Below, piece after piece: positions 27,398-41,353 of a stretch of 64,000 bases of DNA (the first letter of the stretch is position 1; the number at the start of each line of letters is the position of its first letter). The DNA is from Psilocybe cubensis (Eukaryota). The translations under genes and the position numbers were made by a program. The notes under the pieces were generated by a model. It saw only the letters and a program-made list of their open reading frames with translations. It was not told the DNA's origin and searched no databases. Location: contig CM039004.1 in assembly GCA_017499595.2 (NCBI GenBank), forward strand, positions 1,426,001 to 1,490,000, given 5' to 3'.

Positions 27398-28952
27398 TCA
27401 CAACCTGTTGTTGACATCGATCCACATTTGAGCATCATCGCAAGGACCCTCCAGACGTTCCAAGTTGGGGAACAGTTTTCGAAGAAATTGACCAAGTTCA
27501 ATTGGGTCCGGGGTATTCAGTCGAGCAATGGTAAGGTTGCGGAGTTCACTGGGCAAAGGGATCCACGGGAGTGGGTATAACACCGGTATTTCATCAATCG
27601 CTAACGGTATTATGAGGCGATTGAGTTTGGGGCACTTAGAAGCGAACAAGGGGAGGACAGCGGTCGATATCTTTACCGAATTCGTAATATTTGTGATATC
27701 ATCAACCTGAGAGAATAATCCCAATTCGAAGTGCTCAAGGTTTGGCCACCAAGAGATGATCTTGTCGACAACGTCATCGGACGTAATTGTTGGAAGTGTG
27801 AGGTCCAGTGTGAAATGACGAAGAGATTTAAGTTTAGATAAAATTTGCAGAGTATCGAAGCGCATAGAAGTATCGGTGGGGTCCGTACCCTGAGTACTGT
27901 GAGTTGCGCCAGACGCGATAAATATAGGCTGTTCCGGTATTTCGTAATGATGCTCTAATGATAGATGGTGGAGGGTAAGAGATGCTTTGAGGGTGATTGA
28001 GGTAAAAATGGTGTCCCAGGACGAATGTGAAGTGGAATCCTCCAATTCGATATGAAGATAATTTAGGGTATTATTTTGAACGCACTGGATAAGATTTTCT
28101 ATTAGAGGTGATTGTGCTCGGATCGTCAGTTTTTTCAGAGATGGAAAAGATTGTAGGTTATTAGCTTGGTATATTTCGTCTGAGAGGTCCACTGCTAGAT
28201 GGCCTGCATGAATTTCTAGCTCCGTTAGATATGGAAAGGTCTTGATAGCAGTGACAGTTTCCAATGACAGTGTTCGTCCCAGTCGAAGGGAAATGGTTTC
28301 AAGGCGTTGCATTCCAGCGATGACTTCATTTAAACGTTTATCAGCGAGTCCGCGGAGACTGAGGTGGCGGAGGTCGTCACAAAGAAAATGTACATGTTCA
28401 AGATATTCACATAAGACTGCAAAAATGTCAGCCTCTTGCCGTTGAAAACCGATGTCAATGTTGAGGCGACTAAGTTTTGAAGATATATGATATGGCAGCA
28501 AGAATGAATTAGTTTTGTGGATGGATATGTGGGCAGTTGTGAGATTTGACAGTTGTGTCCCGTTGGTGTAGGCAGAGCGTAGTCGTGAGGTCATTGATGG
28601 ATTGATTCTAAGTCTTTGTTTGTTGCTGATATGTTTGACTCGGCGTGCATATGAATTGAATAGACGGAGGTCACCCGTGGAGCCTGAGTCTGTATAGATC
28701 TGCTATCATTTGAGGGGCAGCCTTGCTAATCAACAGGTAAGAACTCACGTATTCATCGTTCGATATTGTGATTCCTGGGAGTAATAGTAATAAAGGTCCG
28801 AGGGAGTGCAATCGTCTCCAAAGCAAATCAAGCGCAGGATCTGTCCAGGCTTTGCATGTTTGCGCTGCAAACAGTAAAGATCGTTGGTCGTATTCGGAGC
28901 AAAAGTAGAATATTCGGCATAAAATTTCGTCTATGGATAATGCTGGATGCAT
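27398..28952 (-). CDS. Agaric F-box-like / LRR protein
   Basis: MHPALSIDEILCRIF..LLFAAQTCKAWTDPALDLLWRRL. Intron 28700-28748 joins to RLFNSYARRVKHI and LRR-like repeats ending LRKLFPNLERL. Confidence 0.88.
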
Positions 28953-29698
28953 AGGGTGTTGGGGGGTGTACTGACGTGGTATTATAGCGCAGGTATATTG
29001 AAATGGGTGGTAGCCTCCGGGACTCGCTCTACAAAAAAAACCCGGTTAATGGATATTTGAGAGGAAAACAAAAATTTACGCACGTTGAAGTTTCTATGTT
29101 GTCGAAAGAAAAACTTGCCAGCGACGATGATTGGTTGTTGAGTGTGTTTGTACTTGAAGACGGTAGTAAATAAGGATCGAGTAAGCGCCGACATCGGGCG
29201 GAGCCGACTGAACAAAACTGGCATCGGTGCTAACAAACAGGAAAACGTACCTCAAAAAACTAAAGTATACTACCCCACGCATAATAAGCTTGCAATGTAC
29301 ATGGGGAATACGAGCCAACAGTAATTACTGAGTATCACTGAGCTATGCATAAAATAGTGAAACTAGGCTTAATGACATTGTCAATCGCGAACGCTGTGCA
29401 CCCGCAAATTGTTGTTGCTTACTTGACTTGAGATTGAAAAAGATTGAAAAATTTTATGGAAACAAGGGAACATGGTTTTTGTCCCTTTATTTCTAAACAA
29501 AGAACAGTGGATACTCCGTTATCATGCGATAACACTGAGAAGGGAAGGAGTGTCGTTATCGAAAGTAGTAGCATTGTGAATGCGAAATAGATTTCGAGAG
29601 GAAAAAAGGTCAGGCATCTATGTAACCGAAAAACCTTGTTCAGATATATATGAATTTTCATCGTACTTTCAAAACTGACATTTGCCTGAGGGATTCCT

Positions 29699-29994
29699 TC
29701 AATGATTTGGAGATTTTTCAACAGACTGCACTCGTTCATAAAGTTCCCTCTTCTTTTGGGAGGCGAGTAGGTCCTCTTCTCTCTGCCGCATTTTTTCACG
29801 ACGGCGTTCATCATCTTTTAATACGCCTTTATACATGGACTAGAAAATTAGGTGATTATTACAATTCCGGTAAGTATTGCTTGTGAAGAACTCACGTCTC
29901 TTTCCTGCTGTTGTTGAAAATGAACAGCCCAGATAGTCAGTGAAGAAAATAGAACTGCAGTGAAAAGTGTGGCTTTTGCCCTTCCATTTGCCAT
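29699..29994 (-). CDS. PET117: Cytochrome c oxidase assembly factor Pet117
   Basis: Intron 29840-29895. MANGRAKATLFTAVLFSSLTIWAVHFQQQQERDSMYKGVLKDDERRR fits the VHxxQxxxxxxMxxGVxxD family motif. Confidence 0.9.
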
Positions 29995-30252
29995 TAAAAA
30001 GCCAACGAAAAATGAGCTGAATAGAACGCCTGTGTTAAAACAGAGGTATTCCGGCTTTGCTTCCGGGAAACAAGATCGGCACCAAGGACCCGTGCACAGA
30101 CCATGTTGCCGACCAACAAACACAAATATCTTAATTCGTCTCCACCAAGGACCACCATCGGTCCATCGTTCTTCGCGGCGGGCGGTTGAGTTACTCTTGT
30201 CTGTTACCTTAGCCATCCCTGGGCTTGCATCTTAGAGAAAACCTCAGCTCTC

Positions 30253-32650
30253 ATGGGTCTCCCGGAGGTATGTATGTCCAGTTTTACCGGAACCGCGAGT
30301 TGGTTTTTACATACACTATTTCAGGAATTTGAAAGTATCTTGAAAGAAGCAGTCAACTCTAAACGTTTGTCTGCCTCGAAAATAACGAATTTGACAGAGA
30401 TTGCCATGAGAAATATGGAGGTGTGCAAAGTTTCGATTCTTATGCACCAATTGATTTATGTCAATGAACAGCACGATACCCAACTTGTTTCCGTTCTCTA
30501 TCGCAACCACAAATCACTGCCTACAGCCGCTGCCAAAGTTGCGAGCCTTTATATATTCGATGCGCTTGCGAGGGCTGCTAAGCATCATGCTACAAAACAC
30601 AACCTCTCGGGCGACGCCTTTACTCATCCAGGCAATTCCGCTTCTTTTTTGTTTAAAATGGGTGGGGTAGTCGAAGGTTTATTCCAGGACATGCTTGCGA
30701 CTCAGTCTCCTGAAACCAAGGTAAGTAATCACTTCTTAGTTCGTTGCTCCTATACTTTGACTTTCTCCTTCTCCAAAACACACGCTCCGTAATCCTTGAA
30801 TGACAGATCTAACGCTCTGGATCTTTTTAGGAAAAGACCAAGAAAATTCTTGACATATGGATAAAGGGCAACACATTCCCACCTACCATTTTGTCTCAAT
30901 TAGCAGCAATTTTCAACGAAGTGGAAAAAGGTGCATATGATAGCTTTCATACTTTTGCTAAGTATCACCAATTCCTACAATTTATCAGTTTCAACCTAAA
31001 TACTTTCTTCTTTTGAGTTCATTAACTGAAATATGGTTTGGTTTTTATTTTTCGTTAGAGCCGGACTCGAAATCGATGTCGACCACGGATCCCCGAACTG
31101 CGAACCCTACCTCTCAAGTGCCACCCCCGTCTGCAAGTCCAATTACACCAGTACAACCGGTCGAAGTGCCCCCAGTGCCTGCTACCATTCGCCCGAACAT
31201 TCCAACAATGGCTGGATTGGACCCACAAGCTGCTCTTTTAGCATTACTAACACAGGCTGCAGCCTCAAGTACGAATATACCACCACCGATGAACCCGTAT
31301 GTTAAAAATATTAACATCCGTGGCCCTAGTTCCATCTAACATTTCTCATAAAGGCGAATAGCTACAGCTACAAATATTGTTGGATCATCTCATTTAGATG
31401 CTACCCATCTAGCCGTCATACAACAGTTAGCACACACGGCTGCATCTGTACCACCTACCTCACAATCTTTAACCCCAGCAGAGTTTGTAAATATCCAGAA
31501 ATTTCCCTCCTCTTCTGGTGTTAATGGTATTTCACACAATCTACCCCATGTTCGAAATGAGCCTCGAGCAATGGTCAGAGGATATCGTAGTCCCGAGAGC
31601 GAAACCCGCCCTGATCCTCGTTTTGACGAGCGTGACAATGTGAGAGGAAGGTATAGAAGCAGTTTTCGAAACAGAGGCCGTGGTGATAAATTTCAAGGAC
31701 GCGACTGGGATTCTCGTGACCGTGACCGTTATAGAGACAAAGATCAGAGCCCTGCCCGTGGGGGTAGAGGAGGGCGAAGCCGATCTAGAAGCCCTTCGAG
31801 TAGATACGGAGGCAGAAAGGATTCACGTTACTTTAGTCCACCTCGGAGACCGCAGCTTGCATCCCAGTATCCTGCCGAACGAGACCCTGCTGCTAGTGGG
31901 GATAATGAAACTGGCAAGGATGAATTTGGAAGGGATATTCGACCAGGATCGCCTACACCACCTCCTGCTGTAAATAACGACAAATCACCTATCTCATCGA
32001 CTCTACCCACATTGGCCCAATCTTCCAAAACATCATTATCAACGAGTAATCCGGAACAATCACATCATGAACAAAATTTTGTATCATCTTTGGTAACTGC
32101 GAATACATCAAACAAACCTAGTGCATCCGATGCCAGTAAATCAAACGCAAAAGACCTTGGGATGGACCATTTTAATTACTCGACATTTGATTATACCTCT
32201 CCCAGTTCGTGGGAAGCACTCGGAAAGATGTGGCAGGTCACCCATGGTTATTTGCCTTCGACCGAAGAACTCATGCAGTTTGTGATGTCAACTGGTATGA
32301 AAAACTCTAATGGAGCGTTCGATGCTACAAATCAGTCAAGTGAAGCTATGCATCCCTCATCAAACAATGGCAGAGACAATCGAAGCGATGTGCTCCCGAG
32401 AGGTCAAGGGGCGAATGTCTATGGGGACAACCGAAATTTTCATGGTCCTGGTAGCCTAGTATCCAACAAAACCAGTCAGGGGATATATACGGGTACGAAA
32501 TACTCTTCGGGGGGGGATCATTTCGTCAGAGAACAACCTGTTGGAAAACAAGAAAATTCTGAGCCATCAAACCCCTCCAACTCAGGCAAAATGCAACGAG
32601 TCGGAGATAAATGGGTTTTCGTTCGTGGGATGGCGATGGACGTTTCATGA
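30253..32650 (+). CDS. CID (RNA Pol II CTD-interacting) domain protein, Seb1/Nrd1-like N-terminus, RS/RD-rich
   Basis: SASKITNLTEIAM..TQLVSVLYRNHK..KVASLYIFDALAR..EKTKKILDIWIKGNTF is a Nrd1/Seb1-type CID. RSRSRSP/RDRD tract and KDEFGRDIR follow. Confidence 0.8.
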
Positions 32651-32687
32651 CGCAGATTACTCTCCAACACATCCGTTTCGCATGTTC

Positions 32688-33968
32688 CTACACGTATGTA
32701 CTATCAACATCTTCCGCTTCAAACCTACCCAATTCAAATTCAGTAGTTCTGGTCCTCTGGTGATTTCTGCCGGTATATGTATATAGCAATCGGGGTTCCC
32801 CGTATACACTGGGTTCATATGAGTCCTGCGAAAGCGGGTTTGGCCAGAATAAAAGGTAAGAAAGGAGAGCGGAGATGCACCCCAGCAAACTACCAATGAT
32901 GACGTCTTCTGTGTGATGGCGCTGCCAAAGGGTTATTTAGCATGGAGAGATCAAAGATGTGTAACGAGTGTAACTTACATAGTCTTGGATCCGCGTCACT
33001 GCAACATGTGCTGCCCAAAAAATTGGAAGTAATGAAAGAGCAAAAGAAAGCATTCGGCTAGACCGGAAATTATGGCCAGATTTTGGAACAGCAAAACACC
33101 AAGCGGCTGTCTGACCGGCAATCCAAAGTGACAAGAAGAGCATCCCAGCAAATGCTGTCGAAGAATGACCCGATGGAAATGATTTGCGCCCGGCAAGAAT
33201 CTTGTCGCGTTCGCTAAATAGGAGAATTGGCCGATGCTCATGAGTGGTATGGACACGACTCACCCAGTGCATTTTTTCAGTGCCTCATCCCACCTGCACC
33301 TGGCAAGAAAATCGGGTCTTAGTCGACCTAAGGCCAATAACACGTTAGACAACACATTTTGCAGGTTAACGTTGATGGATATCGTGCATGCTAACCAACA
33401 CTATGTTTGAATGCTTCTGTGATCAGTCGTGCTACACCTCTTTTGCCTGTTAAAACTTCTCTATAAGTCTAAGGATGGTCGGGAAAGAGACACACCTTGC
33501 TGTAAACAATCCTATTGCACTGTGATGTATCACGAGCATAGAACGCTTGATACATCCCACTCCCACAAAAACTAGTAATGGGCAGAAAAGAGATATCAAG
33601 TTATTTAGCCATGATTCGATTCTGTGACAAAAATTGAACGCTATGATTCAGTATCCAGGGATAACTGCGTAGTATTTCATCTGGCGGGTCTTAAGGGAGG
33701 TGAGTTGATGCAAAGTCGACGTACTGGTCTTTTCTATGAGGATGACTGATGTCCGGATCAGATAGAGTGAAGTCTCGTTGATAAACTGGGGAGGCAGATA
33801 CGAAATAAGAAAGTAGCCATATCACACCAGTGACTGCCCTAAGTTCGAACAAATTCAAATTAATTAACAGGACGCGGAAGCAAACGCAGTAATTTACCAA
33901 TCGACGAAGAAAGGCCTGTTGGCCCATTCCAAAGCGTCTTCTCCACAATATTGTTTGGAACGCAACAT
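32688..33968 (-). CDS. PAP2-family lipid phosphate phosphatase (DPP1/LPP1-like)
   Basis: All three PAP2 motifs after splicing: KHSVGRLRPDFLARC, SFPSGHS, TRIQDYRHHTEDV. Several TM segments. Confidence 0.92.
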
Positions 33969-34177
33969 TACACACCGGCAGGCTCAAAGAAGCTGTCAGG
34001 GATAGAGCTAAAGTTAGAGAAGTCAGAGAGAATCTTGTTCTCGGTAGGCTCCAGATTGCTTGCGGATGTCGTGAACCAGTTTGTCTCGATTCGTTTTGTG
34101 ACAGTGACGTGACTCCTCGCGTCAAGTATTAATAATAGTGCTTGGCATTGGCGATCACACTTTCTCTAAAAGCCTTC

Positions 34178-37100
34178 ATGGCTAAAGAAAAACCATCCAA
34201 AGCTCGACCTCAAGGTCAGAAATCCATCTCATCTTTCTTCGGGGGTGATATCAAGAAGAAGAAGAGCAAGCAAGCTACGCCTCCTCCGGATACAGATAAT
34301 GTATCTGAATCCGCCAACGATACCCAAGTCGATGATGTAGTCGAGGACGCCTCAATGGTTGAAGATCCATCTTCGGATGTGGATATGGACGCGCCATCCG
34401 CTAATTCTAAGAAAGTTCCGAAATCGTCTGCGCCTGACGCTTCTGACCTCCCACCTATCAACGACATCCCAGCCATTTTCGATGATCTTGTCGGCCGCAT
34501 ACCTCAAATTAAGGAAGTGGCAGAACACGTCAAAGGTCGAAAGTTACGCGTTGCCACAATGTGTTCGGGCACAGAATCACCCCTCTTGGCTCTCGAACTT
34601 ATACAAAAGTCAATACTTGACCAACACGGCCTCAATCTCGAAACCGAACACGTTTTCTCGTGCGAAATCGAGCCATTCAAACAGGCATACATTGAACGTA
34701 ATTTCCATCCACCCCTCTTATTTCGCGATGTATGCGAATTGGGAGATGAAGAAGCGTATGTACAATACCTTGTGGAATGGTTACTGAAACTGACTTTTGG
34801 TATTTGCAGCCACACGGCTTATGGAGCACTAGCACCGGTGCCAGGCGATGTTGACATCTTGATTGCAGGAACTTCTTGTGTGGATTACTCAAATCTGAAT
34901 ACTCAAAAGCAAGATATCGATGCAAATGGCGAGTCTGGTCAAACATTCCGAGGCATGATGTCCTGGGTTAAACAGCATCGTCCACCAATCGTCATTTTGG
35001 AAAACGTCTGTTCAGCACCCTGGGATAAAGTCAAGAAGTATTTCGAAGACGAAGGATACAGCGCCGAGTTTTCTCGCGTTGATACAAAGGCTTACTATAT
35101 TCCTCACACAAGAACCAGAGTATATCTTATTGCTGTAAACAAGAGCGGTTCCTCAATCCCTAAGAAGTGGAAACAGCTGGTTACTATTGATTTGAAACGA
35201 CCCGCGTCGTCCACATTGGACGCATTTCTACTTCATTCAGATGACCCTCGTATACACCAAGCGCGACAAAAGCTTGTCCAGGAAGGTTACAATGCCCTTG
35301 ATAGACGAACTGGACGAACCGACTGGGGACGATGCGAGTCTCGCCATCAACGAGCAAGACTGGAGGAAGCTCTGGGTGCAAAGCGTCCCCTTACAAGTTG
35401 GGAAGAAGGTACGGTCCGGAAATCTGAATTTATACATTTATTTACACGCTGTTATAGGGGGCTTTTGTAAACTTCCTGATTTTGCTTGGAATGATTGGGG
35501 TGTCGGTCAAGTGGAACGAGTGTGGGATCTCATGGACATTAGTTTGTTGCGATCTGCAACGAAAGGGATAGACCCTTCGTATAAGACGTGAGATTTTTAT
35601 CATGACCAGAAAGAGGCCATTCTAACGTCATAACAGTCAGGTTTGGAATCTTTCCCAAAACGTGGACCGTACCATTGGGTCGAACAAGGTTGGAATTTGC
35701 CCCTGTCTTACCCCATCTATGATACCTTATATCACCAATCGGGGCGGTCCAATGGTTGGTTTGGAGGCATTATCCATGCAAGGCCTACCAGTAGATAAGC
35801 TACTTTTAACACGCGAAACCGAGGACCAGTTGGCTGATTTGGCAGGCAATGCCATGTCAACAACCGTGGTCGGTGCATGCATTTTGGCCGCCCTTGTTAC
35901 AGCCAAAAGCCTGCTCAAAGCTGGAAACGATTCCGAAACTTATGAATTCAAACATACAGGCGAGAATTATGAGGTGGATGAGGTGCCATCGGCTACATTT
36001 CTCCCCGCGTCTCGAGGATTAGTTTTGGCAAGTTCGGTGGTTGGGGAGGAAAACCTGACCAATAAACCTCTTGACCTATCCATTACTGAGGTGCTGTCAT
36101 TCAGAGAACTTCTGGACAATGCCGAGAAGAGCAAACGACTGTGTTCTTGCGAAGGCCGTGTGGATATGAGGACGAGGCCACTCTTTCTCTGCAAAGACTG
36201 TGGAAGCTCTTTCTGTCAAAAGTGCGGAGGCAGGCCTGAGCATAATCCTGAGCTCATCGACAACGCCAACTCTGTTCGAGTGCACCCTTCCCAATTTTCG
36301 AAGACATTGAAGTCGACACTTCCTATGTGTATATCACTTGTTACCGTCGATGAAGCACTTCTCGTTAAACTTCGAAAGGGCGACAAGATATCTATTCCGG
36401 AATCACGTTGGATCGCATGGAGTGAAGCTGTCCTGCGAGCCTGCAAGTCCGAACTTCGTTTCGTTGAGCTCAAGAGGCAGGAGGTTTGGACTGCCATTTA
36501 TCAATCCCCTGCCGGTACTTTGGAGCTGGAACTTCATCCGAAACAACCTGAGTGGCGTCTCTATGCAACCGCGGAGGCGGATGAACCTGCTAATGCGGAA
36601 ATTCGCCAAATTCTTCAATATCCTGTTGGCAGATTTCTTTGCAAAGACAGTCTTCTCCGTGGAAAATGGCAATTTGCTTTCCCGTGTCGATCATCCATTC
36701 CTGTCAAGATTCAAGGTGCCGGTGAACTTGTACCTTCATGGGAAGCACGTCTAGGTCTCGTGGGTGAAGACTTCAAAAACAAAATGGTTTTTTCTAAAAT
36801 CAAAATAGCTGTCCCACCTATCGATGCCAAAGCCCTGGACCGGGACATCTCTGGCATTTACGAACTTCTCGATAAATGTGGGACCGCTAACGGGGCTTTA
36901 CATCGCAAAGTCGAACCGGATAATACGGACCTACCTCCATTATTCATGCTTTTTGATCCTCATCGTACTGACGACTCTGAAGATTGCTTTGTTTTTTCTA
37001 TCACTACCCGAAGACTCGAATATCAAGAATACAGGCCTATCATCTGCAAGCTTGACCCATCTTGGAGACAGTCGAGTAAGGATGAAGAAGAAATTGTTTC

Positions 37101-40100
37101 TTGTCATCTACCATTCAAATGGATAGCGGCAGACTCTGTCGGTCTTCAGGTATAGATTTTCATTTTGTCTTTTCTCAACGGGTACTAACTTTTATTTAGG
37201 CATCTTCTGGACAGGATGCCACTTTTGGTTTACCTGAGCAAACATTACATATACCCATTTCAAACGATGCGTGCCGCGATGCTTACGCATTATTGACATG
37301 CAGCGTCTCATTGAGGGGACAGGCAGGTCCTGAATGGCCTCAAGGTCAATGGGCAGACGTCGACAAGGTTCATGAACGAAGCACATTTAAGGCTTTAGCT
37401 TGGTTGATGGAACGTATTCGGCATGTCGATGAAAACTTTAAATCTTGGCAAAAGGTTGATTCCCTTGGTGACCATTCTAATTGCGAACGATGCGCACCCT
37501 CTGCCCCACAGTTACGCTGGATGTCCAAAAACAAAAAAATGGTGGCTGTAGAAGATCCCATACAGGCAGGAGAGTACGAACGTCGGCTTAAAGGGAGGCC
37601 CGCGCCATTTGTCACTCAACTCAAGTTAAGAGAAGATGGCGTTGGGATGGTACGAGTTGGCGTAAATATACCCTCGTTATTGCATCGCGCCCTCCATCGT
37701 CTACCTCAGAATATTCACAACGAACAAATCACAATGACATGGCGGTTAGATACCAATTATACTCCTGCAGCAAACTCTATCTTCCCCAAATTCACCATTT
37801 TGAGCAACAAACGTGATATAGAGCACTCTCAGCCACCAAGCTTTGGTATACCCCTTCGCAAAGAGCAACTTCGGTCTCTCGAGTGGATGATTAATCAAGA
37901 ATCATCTGAAGCCCCTCCCTTCATTGAAGAGGAAATATCTGAGGCAATTCTTGATCCTCTTGGATGGAGAGCCGAGGGACGCGTTCAGCGGCCTATTTAT
38001 GTCAGAGGTGGAGTTCTTGCTGATCAAGTTGGTTATGGAAAAACAGCTATTACTCTAGGTCTTATAGACTGCACCTCAAAAAGCGTGGCGAACGAGTTTG
38101 CCAAGAGAGGCCGAATTGCTGGCAAAGTTCACATTGAAGGGACTCTCATTGTGGTCCCTCCTCATCTTACAAGACAGTGGGCATCCGAAGTGAGGAAATT
38201 CACGAACAAAAGATTCAAAGTTCTCGAGGTATCCACTGTCTCCAACCTCAATTCGAAGTCAATCCAAGATTTCCAGAGTGCAGACATTATTATTGTCGCC
38301 TCCAATATCTTCAAAAGCACCGCATATCTCGATAACCTCCAGTTACTGGCGGGTGCAGGGGAATTACCTTCTAAAGATGGTCGTCACTTCAACTCTCAGT
38401 TGGAAAAAACTTTGAGTGCATTGAAAAGTCAGGTTGATCGCCTCCAAGAAAATGGATCTTCTGCAGTGATGAAGGAAGTTAAGGATGCCCAGAAAAGAAG
38501 TAAGCAAATTGCATACAACCACTATGTGAGTAATTAATGCTAATTGTTGGCTGCGCCGACCAGTCGAAGAGGAAATAGCTGCTGCTGCGCTTGTAGCCAG
38601 CAAACGATTGAAGGGAAGATCGTACCGCGAAGCTGCAAGTCTCAAGCAACGGGAATCTGGGAAGGTGGCACAAACACAGTCTAAATCTAAAGAAACAAAG
38701 TCGGTGCCAAAGCCAGTCATCGCACCAGAATCAAATTCCCCGCCAAAAATGATTGCTAAACCTACCCCTTCTGGACGCATAGTGGAAGTGGTTATCCCCA
38801 TGTATCATCATTCATCGACCAAGAGCCAGCAAAGCTCTTCTCGCTCTTCACCGGATGACGACAAGAATAGCGAATCAGAAGAAACCGGGATGAAGCGAAA
38901 ACGACGCGCTGCTACCAAATCAGTTATAATCATTTCTGATGATGAAGATGCTTCCGTCAGCGAGGCTCCCAGTAAAAAGGTAGCGAAGAAGAATACCTCG
39001 AAATCTTCAAGACCTGTTAATTCCAAGAAAACGAAGAAATCAAGGAGAAATTCTTCTCCCTCTTCTGATTATTATGGAAGCTCTTCCGATGAGAATGATT
39101 CAGACGTCGACATGTCCGAGTTTGACGAGGAAGAGGACGAAGACGTTCCCAAAGGGAAATCGAAAGTTAAAGGGAAAACTCAATCTACCCGGAAGGCAAG
39201 GCCGACAGGTCGGCTGAAAGCAGCGCCTGTCATTGTTGACGACTCGGAAGAGACCAGCAACGACAATGCCATGGACGTTGATGAGTCAGAGACCAAACCA
39301 GCTAAGAAGGAGGCCTCAAAACGCAAAGCAGCTGGAGATACTGAGCGCCCAGCAAAGAAACCGAAGCGAACAGACAGCGATCCTTGGAAACTTGGTTCGA
39401 GGGCGGTTCAAAGCGATTGGACTCTCATGCAGGCCCCTCCATTTGAAATGTTCCATTTTGCTCGAGTAGTGGTCGATGAGTACACATACCTAGATGGTAA
39501 AGTTCATGCGTTAATAACCAACCTGACGGCCGAACGTAAGTGGGTACTTTCTGGAACTCCACCAATTCACGACTTTGGGGCGCTTAAAACGATATCCGCA
39601 TTTTTGAATATCCATCTGGGGGTTGACGACGACGGTGAAGGACAGTCAGTTGAGGTGAAGAAACGCCGCAAGGAGCAAACAGGTATGCATCCACACCAAG
39701 AGGTTTTTGGTACCACTAATCTATCCCGGTAGCTGTGGAACGTTTCCATTCGTTCCGCGAAGTCCATAGTGTGCAATGGCATGCTCATAGGCACACTGTT
39801 GGTCAAGGTTTCTTGGATCAGTTCGTACGCCAAGTAAGTAACTGTTCAATCTTTGATTTAGTCTAATCACAAAATAAAATAGAACATTGCGGAAATCGAT
39901 GAAATTCCCTGGACAGCTCGTATTGAAACCATTGTTCTACCGGCGGCAGAGCGTGCCATTTATCTCGAGCTGGAGCACCACTTGCGCTCCCTTGATATGA
40001 CCATCAAACGTGGAAAGAAGACCGAAAGTGACAGAGAGCGACGACTAGCACAGTCCCTAGGAGAAAGCAAGTAAGTCTCGTAAGAATTTACATCATGGCA

Positions 40101-41353
40101 ATGCATTTAACGAGTCGCTATAGATCTGCTGAAGAGGCTTTGCTCAAACGATGCTCGCATTTCGATTTGGAAACCTCTAACGAAAACGCCATGAAAGCCT
40201 GTGACGTTATTGTTGAAGAACGTCAGAGGCAATTAGACCAATGCAAAGCTGACCTGCTAAAGGCTCTTAAAGATGGTGTCAAGCGTGAGAAAAGTCTTGG
40301 GAATACTGGGCAAGAATCCATGTTCATCGAATATGTCCGGATCTCGAGAACGGAAGGCGTCGACGACAAAGAATCAACTGATATTGTCATCAAGTTACTC
40401 GACGAAGCCGGAGCTGGAGCACCCAAGTCCAAACCCAAAGCTCAAGATATCCATTTATCTGAGAAGACCAAGGCACTTGCCTGGGAGCATCGGGAAAAAA
40501 CCCACGAAATCAGACGCATCACTAAAGAGTTGGTTGGCCGTGTCAGGTCTCTACGATACTTCACAGTAGTCCGTGATCTTCAAAAGCAAAGAGATCAGCC
40601 TGTTCAGGTTTCTTGTCCAAGTTGTAAGAGGGAGAAGTTGGTGCTTGACGAGATTGCTGTTCTCTCATCATGCGGCCATATGGGTTGCCTCACCTGCGTC
40701 AAAAGCTGCGCCGAGAAAGAGGAGTGTGTCTACGCAGCGTTGGGGCAATGTAAAGCTGCTGCTCGGGTACTCAACGTCGTCAAAGCCGAAACACTTGGAG
40801 TCGATGATGAAGAGCGACATGGCAAAGGGCGTCACTTCGGCATGAAGCTCGAAAAAATGGTCGATTTGGTCAAGTGCGTAATAAGTTATTGTTTCTAATT
40901 CAGGATTTCAAGTTGATAGCACTTATAAGGAAACGAATCCCGAAGAATGAACGCGTCCTGGTTTTCGTCCAATTCCCTGATTTAATGAAGAAGGTGGCAG
41001 AGGCTTTCACAGAGCACGGCGTCAAGTATCTGGAAATCAAAGGATCGGCTAACGCAAAGAGTAAAAATCTTGAACAGTTCCAGAACGACAGCAAAGAACG
41101 TGTTTTATTGCTCAATGTCATGGATGAAAGTGCTAGCGGCGCCAATCTTACTTCCGCGAACCATGCTATCTTCCTTTCCCCACTTCTGGCGCCATCGCAG
41201 GAAATTTATACAGCATGTGAAACCCAGGCCGTTGGTCGTTTGGTGCGATATGGACAGACAAAGCATGTCAATGTGTGGCGATTCTTGACAAGTGATACGA
41301 TCGACGAGGAAATTTACGAGCAGAGAAAGAAGGCTTTGGCTCGATCTGCTTAA
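34178..41353 (+). CDS. DNMT5: DNMT5-family cytosine-5 DNA methyltransferase fused to SNF2 ATPase and RING finger
   Basis: MTase motifs ATMCSGTE, FSCEI, AGTSCVDYS (DNMT5-type SC), ILENV, PHTRTRVY, LAGNAMS. SNF2 motifs LRKEQ, GGVLADQVGYGKT, VVVDE, WVLSGTPP, SGANLT, QAVGRLVRYGQ. RING CPSC..SCGHMGCLTC..C..C. Confidence 0.95.

Noticed and set aside
29419-29886. ORFs 29419..29814 (-) and 29650..29886 (+)
   Set aside because: Alternative-frame and antisense overlaps of PET117 exon 2.
34142-41353. Bacterial-type restriction-modification or defence operon (methylase plus helicase ORFs)
   Set aside because: The ORFs are joined by GT-AG introns into one eukaryotic DNMT5 gene.
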